Assembly: GCA_004764695.1 (NCBI GenBank)
Contig: SMSO01000031.1
Coordinates: 162,436-226,435 of the forward strand
Direction of reading: 5' to 3'
Length of the DNA stretch: 64,000 bases
Source of the DNA: Schizochytrium sp. TIO01
Taxonomy: Eukaryota > Protista > Bigyra: Labyrinthulomycetes
The position numbers were made by a program, and so were the translations under genes. The notes below the pieces were generated by a model that had not been told where the DNA came from, searched no databases, and worked only from the letters and a program-made list of their open reading frames with translations. Below are positions 1 to 12,424 of the stretch, piece after piece (position 1 is the stretch's first letter; every line of letters begins with the position of its first letter).

Positions 1-208
1 ATTTATTGCCAGTGCTGCTTTAAAGATGGGCGAGATCGCCAAGCGCGTGCAGCTGGGCGTGCGCCACTGTCTCGCGCAGGATGAACGGTTAATGACAGAA
101 CCAACGCAGGAACGGAGAGCCACCACGACCATCGATGCATACCCACCCATCCACCATATCTGGGCCGCACGCATCATCGCGCACGAAGGAGCTAGCTCAC
201 ATTGACAT
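1..208 (-). CDS. Possible 8-nt first exon (ATG TCA AT) plus intron of a gene running off the left edge
   Basis: The minus strand reads ATGTCAAT|GTGAGC at 208-195, a good splice donor, downstream of a microsatellite-rich leader. The product cannot be identified. Confidence 0.3.
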
Positions 209-517
209 GGAGTAGTTGGCTGCGCACGTGAATCAGGGCCAGAAGCACCGTTGTTGTGATGCCAATGGCGGTTCTCCGCTCTCGACGGACTCGACCCCGT
301 ACCGCGAGCTCGATACAAACTTGGGCGACTGATGCGGTGCTCGGTTTCTTCGAAGGATCGATGCGAGCCCAAATTGGGTGCCAAGCCACAGCTCTGCAGC
401 AAACTCGTCGAGGGGGGATGCAAATGCAAGGGAGATCAAATGACGACGGCGATTCAACGGAGATCCCATGAAGCAGAAAGCGCCAGATTGGGGCGTGCGT
501 AGGTACCCACTGCCACG

Positions 518-596
518 AGCGAGTGAGTGACTCAGAGTGAGCGAGCGAGCGAGCGAGTGAGTGACGTAGAGTGAGTAAATGAGAGAATGAGCGCGT
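518..596. repeat. Compound (GAGT)n/(GAGC)n microsatellite
   Basis: gagcgagtgagtgactcagagtgagcgagcgagcgagcgagtgagtga seen directly. Confidence 0.8.
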
Positions 597-3252
597 GAGC
601 GCACTCTGTTCTAGGAGGGAAATGGTCTTGAACTTGGAGGCTGGCAAAATCGCGAGCCTGATTCGCACACGTCATGTTCGCTACCAGAAGCCCCTGGGTC
701 TCGCGTCTAGCAGTATCAGCATGAGCTGCTTCTTGTCAAGCTTAAGACTTGAAGGTAAACCAAACACCTTCAGCAGGCCCGAAATCTTCGACAAGCTCAA
801 AGTTCAAGCTGAGAAAAAGAAAACTGCACAAGATGTCGATTCTGACCTTTTTGATTGGGAACGACTCAAGAGGAACAAAAGACGCCTTTCTTGCCCAATA
901 AGAGCTTTTCTAACTCGCGCACAGCAAGCAGTTTACGCAACTTGCTCAAACTGGGGGGCAATCTTTAAAGATATTCGAGAGCTCTAAGCGATGCAACAGG
1001 CTAAATTGTAACCAATTTAATTCTTTTGACGATTTGATAGCCTTGTGCTCAGCGCAGCCGGCAAACTGTGTGTAAATACCTAACTCGTAATATACCCACT
1101 CCAGGCACGTGCGAGCCGGGACATTAGCAAAGAAATATAATCTAGGGGGAGTACTTGGGGAAGGGACAAGTAAAAACTCAAAAAGTCGAAAATAGGCCTC
1201 TTCCACAGAATAGACCGCCTTGAGGAGGCGCGTGCACACTTTATAGGAATCCATTTATCCTCCAAGTTTTATGAATCCAAAACGAGCTTTAAAGCCTGAT
1301 GTTGGAAACTATCTGCATAAGGACAACTATATCAAGACCTGTGACGAGACGTGGCCTGTTATGCGCGTCGCTCGGAAGGCAGGAACCTCGGTTCTCCTTA
1401 TAATGTTTTGCATATCACAGTAGGAATGATGCGTGGTACTTATTGGAGAACTGGATGGGATGGTGCAAACCTGGCGGACTATTATGGCGGCAAACATTCA
1501 AGTCTGAGTCGGTTCCTGGAAATCTCTTCTTTTGCAGTCTAAGGATCAAACCGTTGCTGAAGAATGGAATTAAACGAATAACTGTGGAGGTGCCTGGGAC
1601 TTGTAATGGTGTTTGGGAGCAAAGGCGGCGAATGGAAAGCCGCCCAGAAATCGAATTGAGCGTTCAAGCTGTCTACCCTTCACAGTGGTCACGAATAATC
1701 AAGTATAAAATGTCCTCTAGGAACCAATTAGTTAATGCAGCGAAAAACTTCAAATTATAAACTCAAGAAGATCAAACTTTTGAATTAAAAAAAAAATACA
1801 GTTCATAAGTGAAGGATAAAGATACCAATATAACGATCAGAACAACTTCAACATCTTGAGTGAGCACCTACGTAGCATGATCTTCTCTTCAACAATCAAG
1901 AGTGCTGGTAACTGTTGTATAGCATAGTTTGACCAATTTGAGGTTTGAACACTCGAGAAGAGCTGGAGCATAGCACTCAATTGACTTTGAGTGTGAAGCA
2001 AAATAACGCCTGCTTATAATTGTTCTACTAGTCGCTTGTCACTAAGTGACTCCTTGCATGAAATGAACAGTTCATTACTATGAAAAATGCCTCGTGACCC
2101 TACAGTTGAGTCGGCAAACATCAATTAGCTTGATCCAGCTCTAAGGATTCAATTCTAGAGACGAGGTGGCAAACGCGGCGTTAAGTGGGTAGAAAAATGT
2201 AGGTAGGTGATATATGAAAAATCACTGCAGTGTAGAAGGAGCGCTCTTAGTAAGCTACTTTCGTTTGTACAACGTGATGATTGAGATTTAAATAGTATAG
2301 ATCAATAAATCTCCATTTTTTCAGAAATGTGATGTTGTTTGGTCTGTATCTATGATGATGGGGATGAGCAACCGGTTGTAGTTTGTCATTTGCACCAGGA
2401 TAAGACATCTGATAAGGGCCAATCATGATGCCCTTGTCTGCGATTTCGTTTTCACATAGCCACAAACATAAACTGATCAATAAGTCAAACAGTGATTGTT
2501 TGCATCAAAGGTTATATCTATCTTACAGTCTTGTCAGCTCGAATCTATTTATTTATGTAAAATTGACTTTATAATCTTGCTTCTCTGCAAAATCATATCA
2601 TCGGCACTTTGTATAGTGTAACACATTGCTTTTTTAATTATTTTTAGAGTGAGCATGTGCATGTAGCGAGATTGACATTTGTCCTTGTTTACGTAAAGCC
2701 AACGCAGCTATAGGTTTGCCATAATTTCACAATCATGACACACACGCCCAAGGTTAATCATGGCATCCAAGATTTACGCCTTAACCTCAGGAATTCTAAA
2801 TTTGTCAAATTACATAGGACCAGATGTCATGCATCGAGATTCTCTACGATGACTTGGCCTAGCTGACAGCTCTGCTCCGATTTTCGAATTGTCGCTATAT
2901 TCGCCTTGATGGGTCTCATCTTTGGGAATAGAACCAACATTCACTTCTACTTTTGACTCCATGAACGATATCTATATATATGTTATATAAGGAAAAGAAT
3001 AAAGATCTGCATAGTATCATATGTAACAAATAAATAGCAATTCAAGTTGCGCAACAACGGAATAAAATTCACGAATCCTTATCTCTCTCGAATACAAAAA
3101 CCGGATACAAACGCCAAACTTGCCGGAGAAGGCTTGCACCATCGTCACCGCCAGCGAGTCTCCTTCAGTGGAGTTCGCAGCGGAATCCTTGCAGCTTGTC
3201 TGCGTCTCTTCTGTTGCTTTGTTAAGTATCCGCCCGCTTGAATATCTCATCC

Positions 3253-5691
3253 ATGGGTGGCTCGGAATCTCGCGATGCTGCCTCTCGAGCCTCCAGCGTA
3301 GGGTCTTCGCGTGGGCTCCAATCTCGCCAGTCCAGCTCGAAGTGGTCCCCCTCATCTTCGATTGGCGCGTGGGACGCGATCTTCGTCGTGGATTCTGGGA
3401 ATCGCTTCTTTGAAGACGACGAAACAAGTGACAACGACAATGAAATCGAGAGCGCAGAAACTCACGGTTCCTTTCTTGCAGAGGCCTGCGTTCAGGAGTT
3501 GCGTCGTATGAGGCCCTCGTGCCATATTTCTGTAGCGCCGAGGTCATCTTCAGGCTGCCGAGCACATGCTTTTAGCGGTGGTCTCAGGTCTGCAACAGCG
3601 TGGTTGAGGGATTCTTGCGAAGATCGCAGCGCGGCACGCATGAAAAGGGTTTTGGTTATTGGCGCAGAAACCGCTACAACATGGTCATCAGCAACTAGTG
3701 TACTACCACTTTTACGCGCGGATCCTAATGAACTACCGAGTGCCCTTGGCCCTGCTGCGACTGGATCTGCAACAGCTACTGGGCGTTTGGCCGCGAATGG
3801 CCACGCTAGTTCAAAGCAGCATAACGAAGACAGTAGTGGGGATGTGCACGGACCAGAGACAGGATCTATTGTGACAATAGCAGAGCTCTTGGCAGATGTC
3901 GTGGGCAGTATGCAACCAAGACCTGGGCTTTGGTTGTGCCCATGCGATGGTATGATTTTAGCTAGGTTGCCAGCAAAGGTGCCCTCCGCAACAGATGCTT
4001 TTGCACTTGTTACAAATGTTCTTAGACCACAAGAGGCACGCCGCAGGTTTCGTGTAGCATTCGATCCAGTGAATAATACCGTGGAGAGTCTTATTCGACC
4101 TGAAAATGGACCCGATGACACTGGTGACGGGGCCTGCCTCCTGTTCTACATGAACTTCGAGCTCTGCGAAGAAATTGTCGCCCTTGCTGAACGGGTCGGT
4201 GGCGAAGAGTCTCTGGACGTTATCAGTGACGCTCTTGAGGTACTCACGGAAAATTGCACGTCTGACAGCTATATGACTATGCGGGGCTCAAAGGTCAGCG
4301 CTTTAATCAAGGAGGAGGTGTTCAAGGCATTACATGGAAAATTTACATTTGTGGCAGTCCCTACAAGCGAAGACTCAGTTGTAGTTAGTTGGCCACAAAA
4401 TCCCGAAGAGCTACTCGAACTTCACAATGACACCTCTGATGACCTGCTTGAAGCCCTCGAAGACTTTGGATTTGAGTTCACCGATAATTCGGATATTGTT
4501 GAGTCTGTCGCTGGTGTGGCGGCATCTCGCCAGGTGCGAGGAGATTCTGCTGATTCAATAAGCAGTGGGCTTTTTAATGGTGCCTCCGGAGGGGGGATAC
4601 CAAGGGTGCACTCACGTAGTGGTTCTATGCACGACAACGCACATGTATTCCTTAAACCTGGTACCAAAGTGTTGAATAGCTTATTAGTTGGCCAGGGCAG
4701 TGCTGAAGCTGGCAGTCTAATTGAAAATTCACGGCTGAGCGGACGGTGGTCTATTGGCACGTCCAGCATTGTTACTGATTTGCAGCGCACAGCACTTAGG
4801 CGGAATTTGCATGTCGGAGATGGCGTGTTCTTGCAAGAGGTTGTATTAAACTCTGGTGGGCATGTTCTGGTTGTTTATGGTATTCAAGACGAGATGGAAA
4901 AGCCCTTCTTCATGGGAAAGCCCATGGACCAACTTCTGCGAATGCTTAACTGCGACCCAACTTCCCTAGGTCTCTCTAGTGCATCAGCTTCTATTAACCT
5001 GCAAGACATGCCTCTGTATCCTCTACGCGCAAGCTCTAGGGATGAGCTTCATTTAGCGCAATTTTATCTCCTTCAGGTCCTTGCGCAACGCATCATGCAG
5101 GTTTCCCCTTTGCTCCACTATCGTGCTCGGAGTGCCTGGTGGGCTTCCGAACGGGTCTCGCTGCGTTATGTGCAGACTAACTATGATCCTCTCAGGCAGA
5201 GTCGCGAAAGACATGCCTTAGCGACTCGAATCCAAGCATTCTTAATTGTTGCCACTCTCTTGGAGCATGGTCGGGCTGGTGTCGATCGCAGTTTAGGCCG
5301 AATTCGAAAGCTACTTAGTCAAGGGAATGATCTTGATGCCTTGTTAAATGTTCTAGACGGTGTTGCTGCAAATGCTCGTAGCAAGGCTGTGGTTGCAGCA
5401 GCTGCACTTGGCTGCATTGCCGCATCCTTGAGGCAACGACATGCTTACGCGTGCGCGAAATCGTCCCAAAAGGACGCGAATGTGCATTCCAGCTCTGTAA
5501 ATCTTACTGCAATATTTGCACCTGCCCTTGAAAAGATGGGTTCAGCAAGGGCTGAAGCTGTACAGCAAGCAGCACGACTTCGAAAGTCTCTATCGCACAG
5601 TGCAACTGATGAGGAGGTGGCAGTCCAATATGATGCATTGGCGCGTGCTGCTTCGGTAAAGCGCTCTCATTCACGGAACTCGAGTTGCTGA
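3253..5691 (+). CDS. Divergent L-fucokinase N-terminal / fucose-1-phosphate guanylyltransferase-like protein lacking a GHMP kinase domain
   Basis: ORF of about 812 aa from the ATG at 3253. WDAIFVV near the N-terminus, beta-helix-like VLNSLL..IENSRLSGRWSIGTSSIVTDL, then VYGIQD..FMGKPM, LYP, AWWASERVS and LLNVLDGVAA..AAAALGCIA parallel the N-terminal half of animal FUK/FKGP as I recall it. Confidence 0.65.
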   Translation: MGGSESRDAASRASSVGSSRGLQSRQSSSKWSPSSSIGAWDAIFVVDSGNRFFEDDETSDNDNEIESAETHGSFLAEACVQELRRMRPSCHISVAPRSSSGCRAHAFSGGLRSATAWLRDSCEDRSAARMKRVLVIGAETATTWSSATSVLPLLRADPNELPSALGPAATGSATATGRLAANGHASSKQHNEDSSGDVHGPETGSIVTIAELLADVVGSMQPRPGLWLCPCDGMILARLPAKVPSATDAFALVTNVLRPQEARRRFRVAFDPVNNTVESLIRPENGPDDTGDGACLLFYMNFELCEEIVALAERVGGEESLDVISDALEVLTENCTSDSYMTMRGSKVSALIKEEVFKALHGKFTFVAVPTSEDSVVVSWPQNPEELLELHNDTSDDLLEALEDFGFEFTDNSDIVESVAGVAASRQVRGDSADSISSGLFNGASGGGIPRVHSRSGSMHDNAHVFLKPGTKVLNSLLVGQGSAEAGSLIENSRLSGRWSIGTSSIVTDLQRTALRRNLHVGDGVFLQEVVLNSGGHVLVVYGIQDEMEKPFFMGKPMDQLLRMLNCDPTSLGLSSASASINLQDMPLYPLRASSRDELHLAQFYLLQVLAQRIMQVSPLLHYRARSAWWASERVSLRYVQTNYDPLRQSRERHALATRIQAFLIVATLLEHGRAGVDRSLGRIRKLLSQGNDLDALLNVLDGVAANARSKAVVAAAALGCIAASLRQRHAYACAKSSQKDANVHSSSVNLTAIFAPALEKMGSARAEAVQQAARLRKSLSHSATDEEVAVQYDALARAASVKRSHSRNSSC

Positions 5692-7024
5692 TTAGCCTAC
5701 ACTTCTTCTCCTAGCTTCTTGGATACAGTCATTTTCAACCTTCACATTTCCTTTTCTCTCTTCTTCTGCCTTCGTAGCGCTAAATAGTTTTATGTGGGGG
5801 GGCGTCATCATCATCATTACTCAAAAGCTACAGCTTGGTTTTCATGTTTACAAAGCACGGCGCATCTAAATCTCTTGATCTTGTAGTGCATCATGGCCAC
5901 TGTTGCGAATCATAACAATGAATTGTACTAACCTTCCCCTTTATTTGGATGCTTTTCGAGCGTCCCTAGGTACCGACCGCTGTGTCTATCCCAAGGAAGA
6001 ACTGATCTATCGGGCACATTTCGTTCACTTGACTCTCCGCAGTTTATCCTCCAAGTTGAATATCATGACAAATACACCAATACACAGTCGCAAGCAAGCA
6101 CACGAACCACAAACGAACCAAAAGCACGCTATAAACCGCGCCTTGACCAAACATCAATTCTTGCCAATTTCCTGTCGTATCTGCCAAAGATTGCTCCCTT
6201 CCACCAATGAAAAGAAAAGAAAAAGTGCCTGATTCGCAGTGCCGAGAAAGATGCTGCCAGAAGCCCCACGTTGCAAATTTTATAGGTTAAACCAATTCTA
6301 AGTGCCAGAAGCACAAAAAGCATCCATTGCGCTAACCACGCTAGCACACTCTTACGACTACGCTAGTACCAAGTCTTGAATTCTCCATGTTCATGTCGTC
6401 CTTCTACGATACCGTCATCCTTGAGATCAGACCTGGGACTTGGAGATTAGACGGAAACATTATGCAAACTTCAATGAAAAGATTCCCTGTACCCCATCTT
6501 CGACACGATGCCGCTCTTGAAGAAATCGCGTCTGAAGAGTTTCACGACTCTGAAAAGAACAAATCGTCGTCTTTCCAGCTGCTTACGTCTTCGTGTAACG
6601 CGTAACCCCCCATATTAGTTTAACGTAACCTCCAACTCCCGGAGAAACTCTGTCTTGCACAACGTTATCATTCCCACTCCCATGGCCAAGCCCGATCGTG
6701 ATCAAAACCAACCCGGACGAAAGTCCAATCGGTATGTAACTATCACGAAATAAGCCTTCAGTATTGCGTGTATGCGAGGTGCCACAGGTTCCTACGTACA
6801 CGTTTAGATAGTTGGTACCGGTGTAATGTGCAGCATAGTTCGGGAGATTAACTTGAGTAGCATATTTTTACCGAACTCGCTTCTTATTTAGGTGTATGAA
6901 AAGTTTTTAGTTTTCATTTTTTCTGGATTTGGTTTCGATCTTCGAGTCGTTTGGCTATGAACAAAAGGAGGAACAATCAACCAAACTACGAACTGCGAGG
7001 ATCATCGCAGAGGTCTTTCGCACG

Positions 7025-8558
7025 ATGGCAACAAATCCTGCCGACGAGGCATCTGCGCCGATGCTTGGCGAAGAAGGTGCTATGGACGAATTCGTCGCCG
7101 AGCTCAAGAGTGTCAGGGACGACTTGGTCTCCGGACGCGAGCTGTAAGTTTTCAATCGTGAGCCGCCCCTTTCATGGCTAAGCCGTGAACAGCGGGCTGC
7201 TACTCAGAGGACCTCTTCTGGCCTCTAGAGGTGGCACATCTTGGTCCTCGCCAGGTTAGCGGAAATATTTAACTAACGTTATGATGCTTGTTCTATTTAA
7301 TCCCTGGTGACACCGCTTCATGTGGACTAAAACTTGGGGCGGGTGCTGGTACTGGCGCTGGTGGTTGGCAACAACGTGACAAATTGATGACATGTACTTA
7401 TGTTTTTGATCCGATATCTTGCAATCTCTTTCTTTCTGGTGGGGGTGTGGGCGAATCCCTTTCACTCTTCTCAATCTGATACGACCTCTGTTCGACATTC
7501 ATTTTTTCTTATGATCTGGCAGCGTGCAAGAGTTTCAAAAACTCATGGAAAGGTCAACCGGCCTACAGAACAAGGTTAAGTCAATTTCTTTGCGCACGCA
7601 GCGTGAGCTCAAACTTTTGAATGGCCGCCTGAAGAACCTTCCAGCTTCGGAAAGACCCAAGGCGCAAGGTGCAATAAATGCCCTCGCAAGACAGCTTGAG
7701 GGTCTCCGAGAGGTGCGTCCAGAGACGCGCTCTTTCTTCTCCCGTATCATGCTGGGTCGCGTCAATGTCAAGTGCTTCTCTGCACCAGAACGCGAACGCT
7801 TGCGTGATGAGTACAACAAGTTCAAGCTGCGGACGAATGCCATCTTTGTGTTTTTCCCGCTTGTGGTGCTTCTGTTCCACTACTACCTGCGCCATGAGTG
7901 GCTTGACACGCACTGGATCAACATTCTCCACCACCTTTGGCTCATGTACTATTTCGTCTCGCTGGCTCTTCGTGAGAACATTCTTTTGGTCAATGGTAGC
8001 GATATTCGTTCTTGGTGGATTTACCACCACTACCTCTCAGCGGCTGGCACAGTTGTTTGGCTGGTCTGGCCTCCGACCGATCTTTACATCAGCTATATCC
8101 CTTACATCACTTATCTGGTTTTCTACACTGGCCTTGTGCAGAGCATGCAGATTCTTTTCTACCGTCGGCGCGATTACGCAAACCGGGCTTTGGGGAAAAC
8201 AGGCCATATGGACATTTCTTATCCTGAAACTTTGACCGAGCTGCCGAAGGAGCTCTTAGTACTTGTGCCGTTCCTCCTCTTCAGCCACATTTGGCAAATG
8301 ATACTTGGTCTCTCCTTCCTGCACACACTCTTTACTGAGTGCGATCTTTTTGGCAAGCACTGGACCGAATACCGCGAGGAGCTCCAGGTAGCCACTTCTG
8401 GGCTTCTCAGTCTCTTCCTTGGTGCAGGTAACTTTGTAAGTACCGTACTCACTGTGTACAGCAAGACAAACAAGAAACGTTCACTTCTTTTACAAAAGTG
8501 TGATGATGAAAACCTTCAGGGTCTTCTCGATACATCTGAAACTCGCAAGCAAAAGTGA
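7025..8558 (+). CDS. TMEM120: TMEM120/TMPIT (TACAN-like) membrane protein; 2 exons (7025-7143, 7523-8558)
   Basis: Motifs RDEYNKFKL and LALRENILLVNGSDIRSWWIYHHYLS..WP, with an N-terminal coiled coil. The intron GTAAGT(7144)..CAG(7522) joins CT+C=Leu and keeps the frame. Confidence 0.9.
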
Positions 8559-8996
8559 TAATGTTAAAACAAAAAAAGCATAAATATAAAACAAATATAC
8601 AAGATACTAGTATCTATTCATTAAATTAATAATAATAATTGGACACTAGGAATTCAATAACAGAGCTTCACCTCTTTTTATGGTTTGGTTGAAGTTGAAA
8701 TGGCACCACCCACCATGATAGCATCCTTTGCTCTGTATCCTCCACACATGAAATCAACCTACCTCCAGTATTTATCTATAAGTTCATTTGCTGAAAAGCA
8801 GGAACAACTAAGGTCGGATGCGGCTTCAAACAATAAGCAGGTCAGCAGAGCCCTTGGTTAGATGGGACCATTGACACATCTTATGCAAAAAAGTCAGGTG
8901 ACAAGAAGATCGAAGCAAACAAATTGACACATAGAAAATAGACTGGGATGGAATTAAGAGCATGGCGAATTTATCAAGAAAGGGGAATAGAAGCAT

Positions 8997-9812
8997 CTAC
9001 AAAGCACCATTAACAGAATAAAGCCTGGCCTGATCGCGGATGCGCTCCCGGTAAAGGTCGGGGTCAGTGTCAAGAATATGAGATGCTTGACTCTGTGCCG
9101 GATCATCATTATTCGGATTATCAAGAAGCTCCTGCACACCAAGGAGAATCTGTTTAAGTGTAATAGAGGGCTTCCAGTCGGACGAAAGAATGCTCAGGCA
9201 AACACGGCCAGAAGGGTAAACGTTGGGGTGGAAGATGCAAGGGTTAAAGTATACCTCCGGGTGTCTGAGCGGATAATCCGTGTCAAACTTAATCTCCACA
9301 TTGAACAGGCCACCCTCCCAATCGGTACCTGCTTTACCAGGGATGCCAGCAACCCATTCCATAAGATCGGCACTCCCATCGTCCTTCTTCTTGGGGCGTG
9401 CGTGGAAACCTACAGGGTGGTCCTTGCGCCATGCTGAGCGTTCAGACTGTATTATTCACAATAAAATAAGAACGAAAACGCATGTTAGAAATCTGCTTGA
9501 TCAACTCAACCAACACAACTCAAAACATATGAGATGATAGATGGTGTCGGTGCTCTATTATCCTGAACAACAGAACCAAAACCTATGATCTTGCTCATTA
9601 ATTTCAGGCTCTGAAAGCTGACTTTCATATCTTGTGTGAGCCGGAGAATGATTTACCAAGATTTCCTCCCTTTGCAAGCTCATTTCTCTCCATAAGACTA
9701 CAAAGTCCTTTAGATCCGCCTTGTAAGTCAAGAGGGAACTTCGGCCTCGTATGCTCTCCATGAGCTGCCGCCTGTTACTCACCTTAAGCCTGTCCGTCGC
9801 CATACTGGACAT
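8997..9812 (-). CDS. UBC9: SUMO-conjugating enzyme E2; 2 exons (9812-9783, 9446-8997)
   Basis: The spliced product is MSSMATDRLK|SERSAWRKDHPVGFHARP..WVAGIPGKAGTDWEGG..FHPNVYPSGRVCLSIL..WKPSITLKQILLGVQELL. Donor GTGAGT at 9782, acceptor TACAG ending 9447, phase 0. Confidence 0.95.
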
Positions 9813-10623
9813 CGTGGGCCGCTCTCGGGGTCTCCCGTGAGGTTTCTTGAGCAGCAAAGATGTTCTCAGAAGTAGAGCTCTACTTCTGGCACTTCGTCGC
9901 AAGGTCCAACTGGGATTTCCAGGTCCTTCCACTCGACCGCACCACAGCACGCTTCCCCCTGCGTCTCCTCCACCAGGGTTGAGGTTTTGCTCGCAGCTTT
10001 TCACGCCGTCCTCGTCTTCTTCAACACGCTTTGGTGCCTCCTCATTGTTCATATTATATCAACCGATTAAGAGTTAACTAACAAGTTGACTATGTCAGCA
10101 TTTTGAGAGCACTGCCTTCACACCTACGTTAAGGGTTGTTGCGAATCTTTTTGAGACCGAGGATTTGAGTGGACTGCTTCATTGAATCACCTTTTGATGA
10201 GCTTGTATCCACGGCAACGAAACCAAGGATCGGTATAATGCTTCATGTCGAACCGACACCACATCAGACAATTCGCGCAACCTGTGGCACCGTCGAAGCC
10301 TCCACCTAACGTAAACCCTAGCCATTGAGATTGATAAGGTTTTTCCATAGACCTCATATTGGGGTAGCTTACTATGACTTTAAATACACCTTAAATCTAT
10401 AAAGTAGTTTATAGATTTGTTTCATAGTATGGGATGGTTTTATAAGTGGAGAATTGACCAAATGAACCTTAAAAAGGGCGAACCGGCATCGGGGCTCCAA
10501 CCATCGCGCGGCAGAGCTCGAATTCCGAGGCCTAAATTCGTGCTCAGAGATCCTGCGCGGTGACCATCATAAAGGCGTCGCGGTGATCTGATCGCGAGGG
10601 AAACTGAAGAAGAGGTTTTCAGG

Positions 10624-11535
10624 ATGGCAGACAATCGAAACAGCGCCGCGGAGCTCGTGCGGCTTCGCGAGCAGCTGAAGAAAGACCTTGACGAGACCTC
10701 CGCGGTGCTCACGCTGCTCGAGACCATCGGTAACGTGCAGGTTTCGCGCGAGGGCTTGAAGGCCTCCGGCATTGGCAAGACGGTCGCCAAACTCGCCAAG
10801 GACTCGCGCCCCGAGGTCGCAAAGGCTGCAAAACCCATTTTGGGAAAATGGAAAACGCTTGCCAAGCTCGAAAAATCTTCTTCGTCAGGATCACTTCCAG
10901 TGGATGCTAAATCTGATACCAAGAGCGAACCAAAGCCTGAGGACGAAGTCGATGAGGAGACTACAGTGGCACCTGCTCGCAAGGCTGGTCCTGGCTTGGT
11001 CAGCATCTCGGCTCCTAGTGACCCGAAACGCAAGAAAACCTGCGATTTGCTGCTAAAACTTTTTACTGAGGATGAGGCTACTTTCGGCGCGAAGAATACA
11101 CGTCTTGCGTCCATGCACATTGAGAGCGCCATGTGTGAGGCTTTTGGGGCCAGCACAGATGCTTACAAGTCCATGTACCGCACTTTGAAGGCTAATTTAG
11201 CTCGCTACGCGGAGCTTCGTCACAATATTATTGACGGCAGTTTGCCTGTTTCTGAGCTTGTGCGTATGTCTCCGGACGATATGTTGCCTCAGGACAAGAA
11301 GGATGAGAAGCAGAAGGAGCTTGACGAAGTCTTCCAGGCTTCTCAGCAAGATTGGCTTGATAAGAACCGTGAGGAGATCATGAAGGCTGCTGGTGTGGAT
11401 GTTAACGGAGGTCTTTATATTTGCAAGTGTGGCTCCAAAAAGACCACCCATTATCAGAAGCAAACACGGTCTGCTGATGAGCCTATGACTGTCTTTGTCA
11501 GCTGCCTTACCTGCGGTAAACGCTGGCGCTGTTAA
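10624..11535 (+). CDS. TFIIS: Transcription elongation factor TFIIS
   Basis: N-terminal LW domain (SGIGKTV..WK), central domain, and zinc ribbon CKC..QTRSADEPMTVFVSCLTCGKRW. Confidence 0.97.
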   Translation: MADNRNSAAELVRLREQLKKDLDETSAVLTLLETIGNVQVSREGLKASGIGKTVAKLAKDSRPEVAKAAKPILGKWKTLAKLEKSSSSGSLPVDAKSDTKSEPKPEDEVDEETTVAPARKAGPGLVSISAPSDPKRKKTCDLLLKLFTEDEATFGAKNTRLASMHIESAMCEAFGASTDAYKSMYRTLKANLARYAELRHNIIDGSLPVSELVRMSPDDMLPQDKKDEKQKELDEVFQASQQDWLDKNREEIMKAAGVDVNGGLYICKCGSKKTTHYQKQTRSADEPMTVFVSCLTCGKRWRC

Positions 11536-12424
11536 AAATTAAACCGCCAACGGCAACAAAACCTATTTCCTATCACCAAAATTACTAATGATCATCATCA
11601 TAAAACTGAGCATGAAAGGACCATCAAGGCGCCTTCGCTTACGCCTCTCGTAAATCATACAACATCAGCGACACAGAAAATCCCTTCTCCTCAAATAAAC
11701 GTGCAAGCAGTCTGGATGTTCTCTTCTTCGTGGTACCTGTGAAATGTTCTTCTTTGCCTCTTTTGCTAGTGCTGATATTCCTATCCAAGGGTGTGTCCGT
11801 CATCGTTAAATGTTGTCCAACTTTCACAAGTTGAGCTGGGCGTGTTTGTGTTCATATAATGCCTATATGATGGTTCTAGGACTTATATAGCTATGCGTAA
11901 ACTGGGTTTTCAATGAAGAAAAGTGACAGGTTATATAATTTAAAAAAAATATATAGAAGCTCATGAGCAAGCTGGTGAATGCCCTTCACCGCATCATGAA
12001 CTGCTTGCGAATCATGGACTTCTTTTTCCAATACTCTCTCGTGTAACTCCGCTTGGTGTGGTTTGTTTTCTAGTGGAGGCGTCAGAGTGCCGAATGAAAG
12101 GGTTTCGTTGTGGTGCTTTATACAGTCATTATTGTCTTCTCGTTTAGAGTGTCTCATCAAGAATGGTGAATGGGGATAGACCTCATTGCAAGAATACTGT
12201 TTGTTTCGGCATTTCGCACCTTGCATGTGAGCACCTCCAAGCTCGAAAGAACGAGGCGACGCGCATATAATAATTCCAATAACAAGAATAAAATGATCTA
12301 CCTACTGTTTATCCCAATTGAGAAGCCCCTTTCTCCTTGGCACTGAGATCAAGGTTTGTTTAAGTGAACTTGGTCAAGAGTGTATTTGTATTATCCATCT
12401 CAACTACTGCAACAGACACTTGTT

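Noticed and set aside
595-1760. Short plus-strand ORFs that could be a decayed gene
   Set aside because: No recognisable motif and many stops, so I cannot support a call.
7385-7478. Possible intronic C/D snoRNA (TGATGA...CTGA) in the TMEM120 intron
   Set aside because: No terminal stem or recognisable rRNA guide, and such short boxes arise by chance.
9558-10052. 164-aa minus-strand ORF
   Set aside because: It is the UBC9 leader, exon 1 and intron read through; the splice model explains it.
10313-10321. Telo-box-like AAACCCTAG in the UBC9/TFIIS divergent promoter
   Set aside because: A single short match; not distinguishable from chance without genome-wide enrichment.
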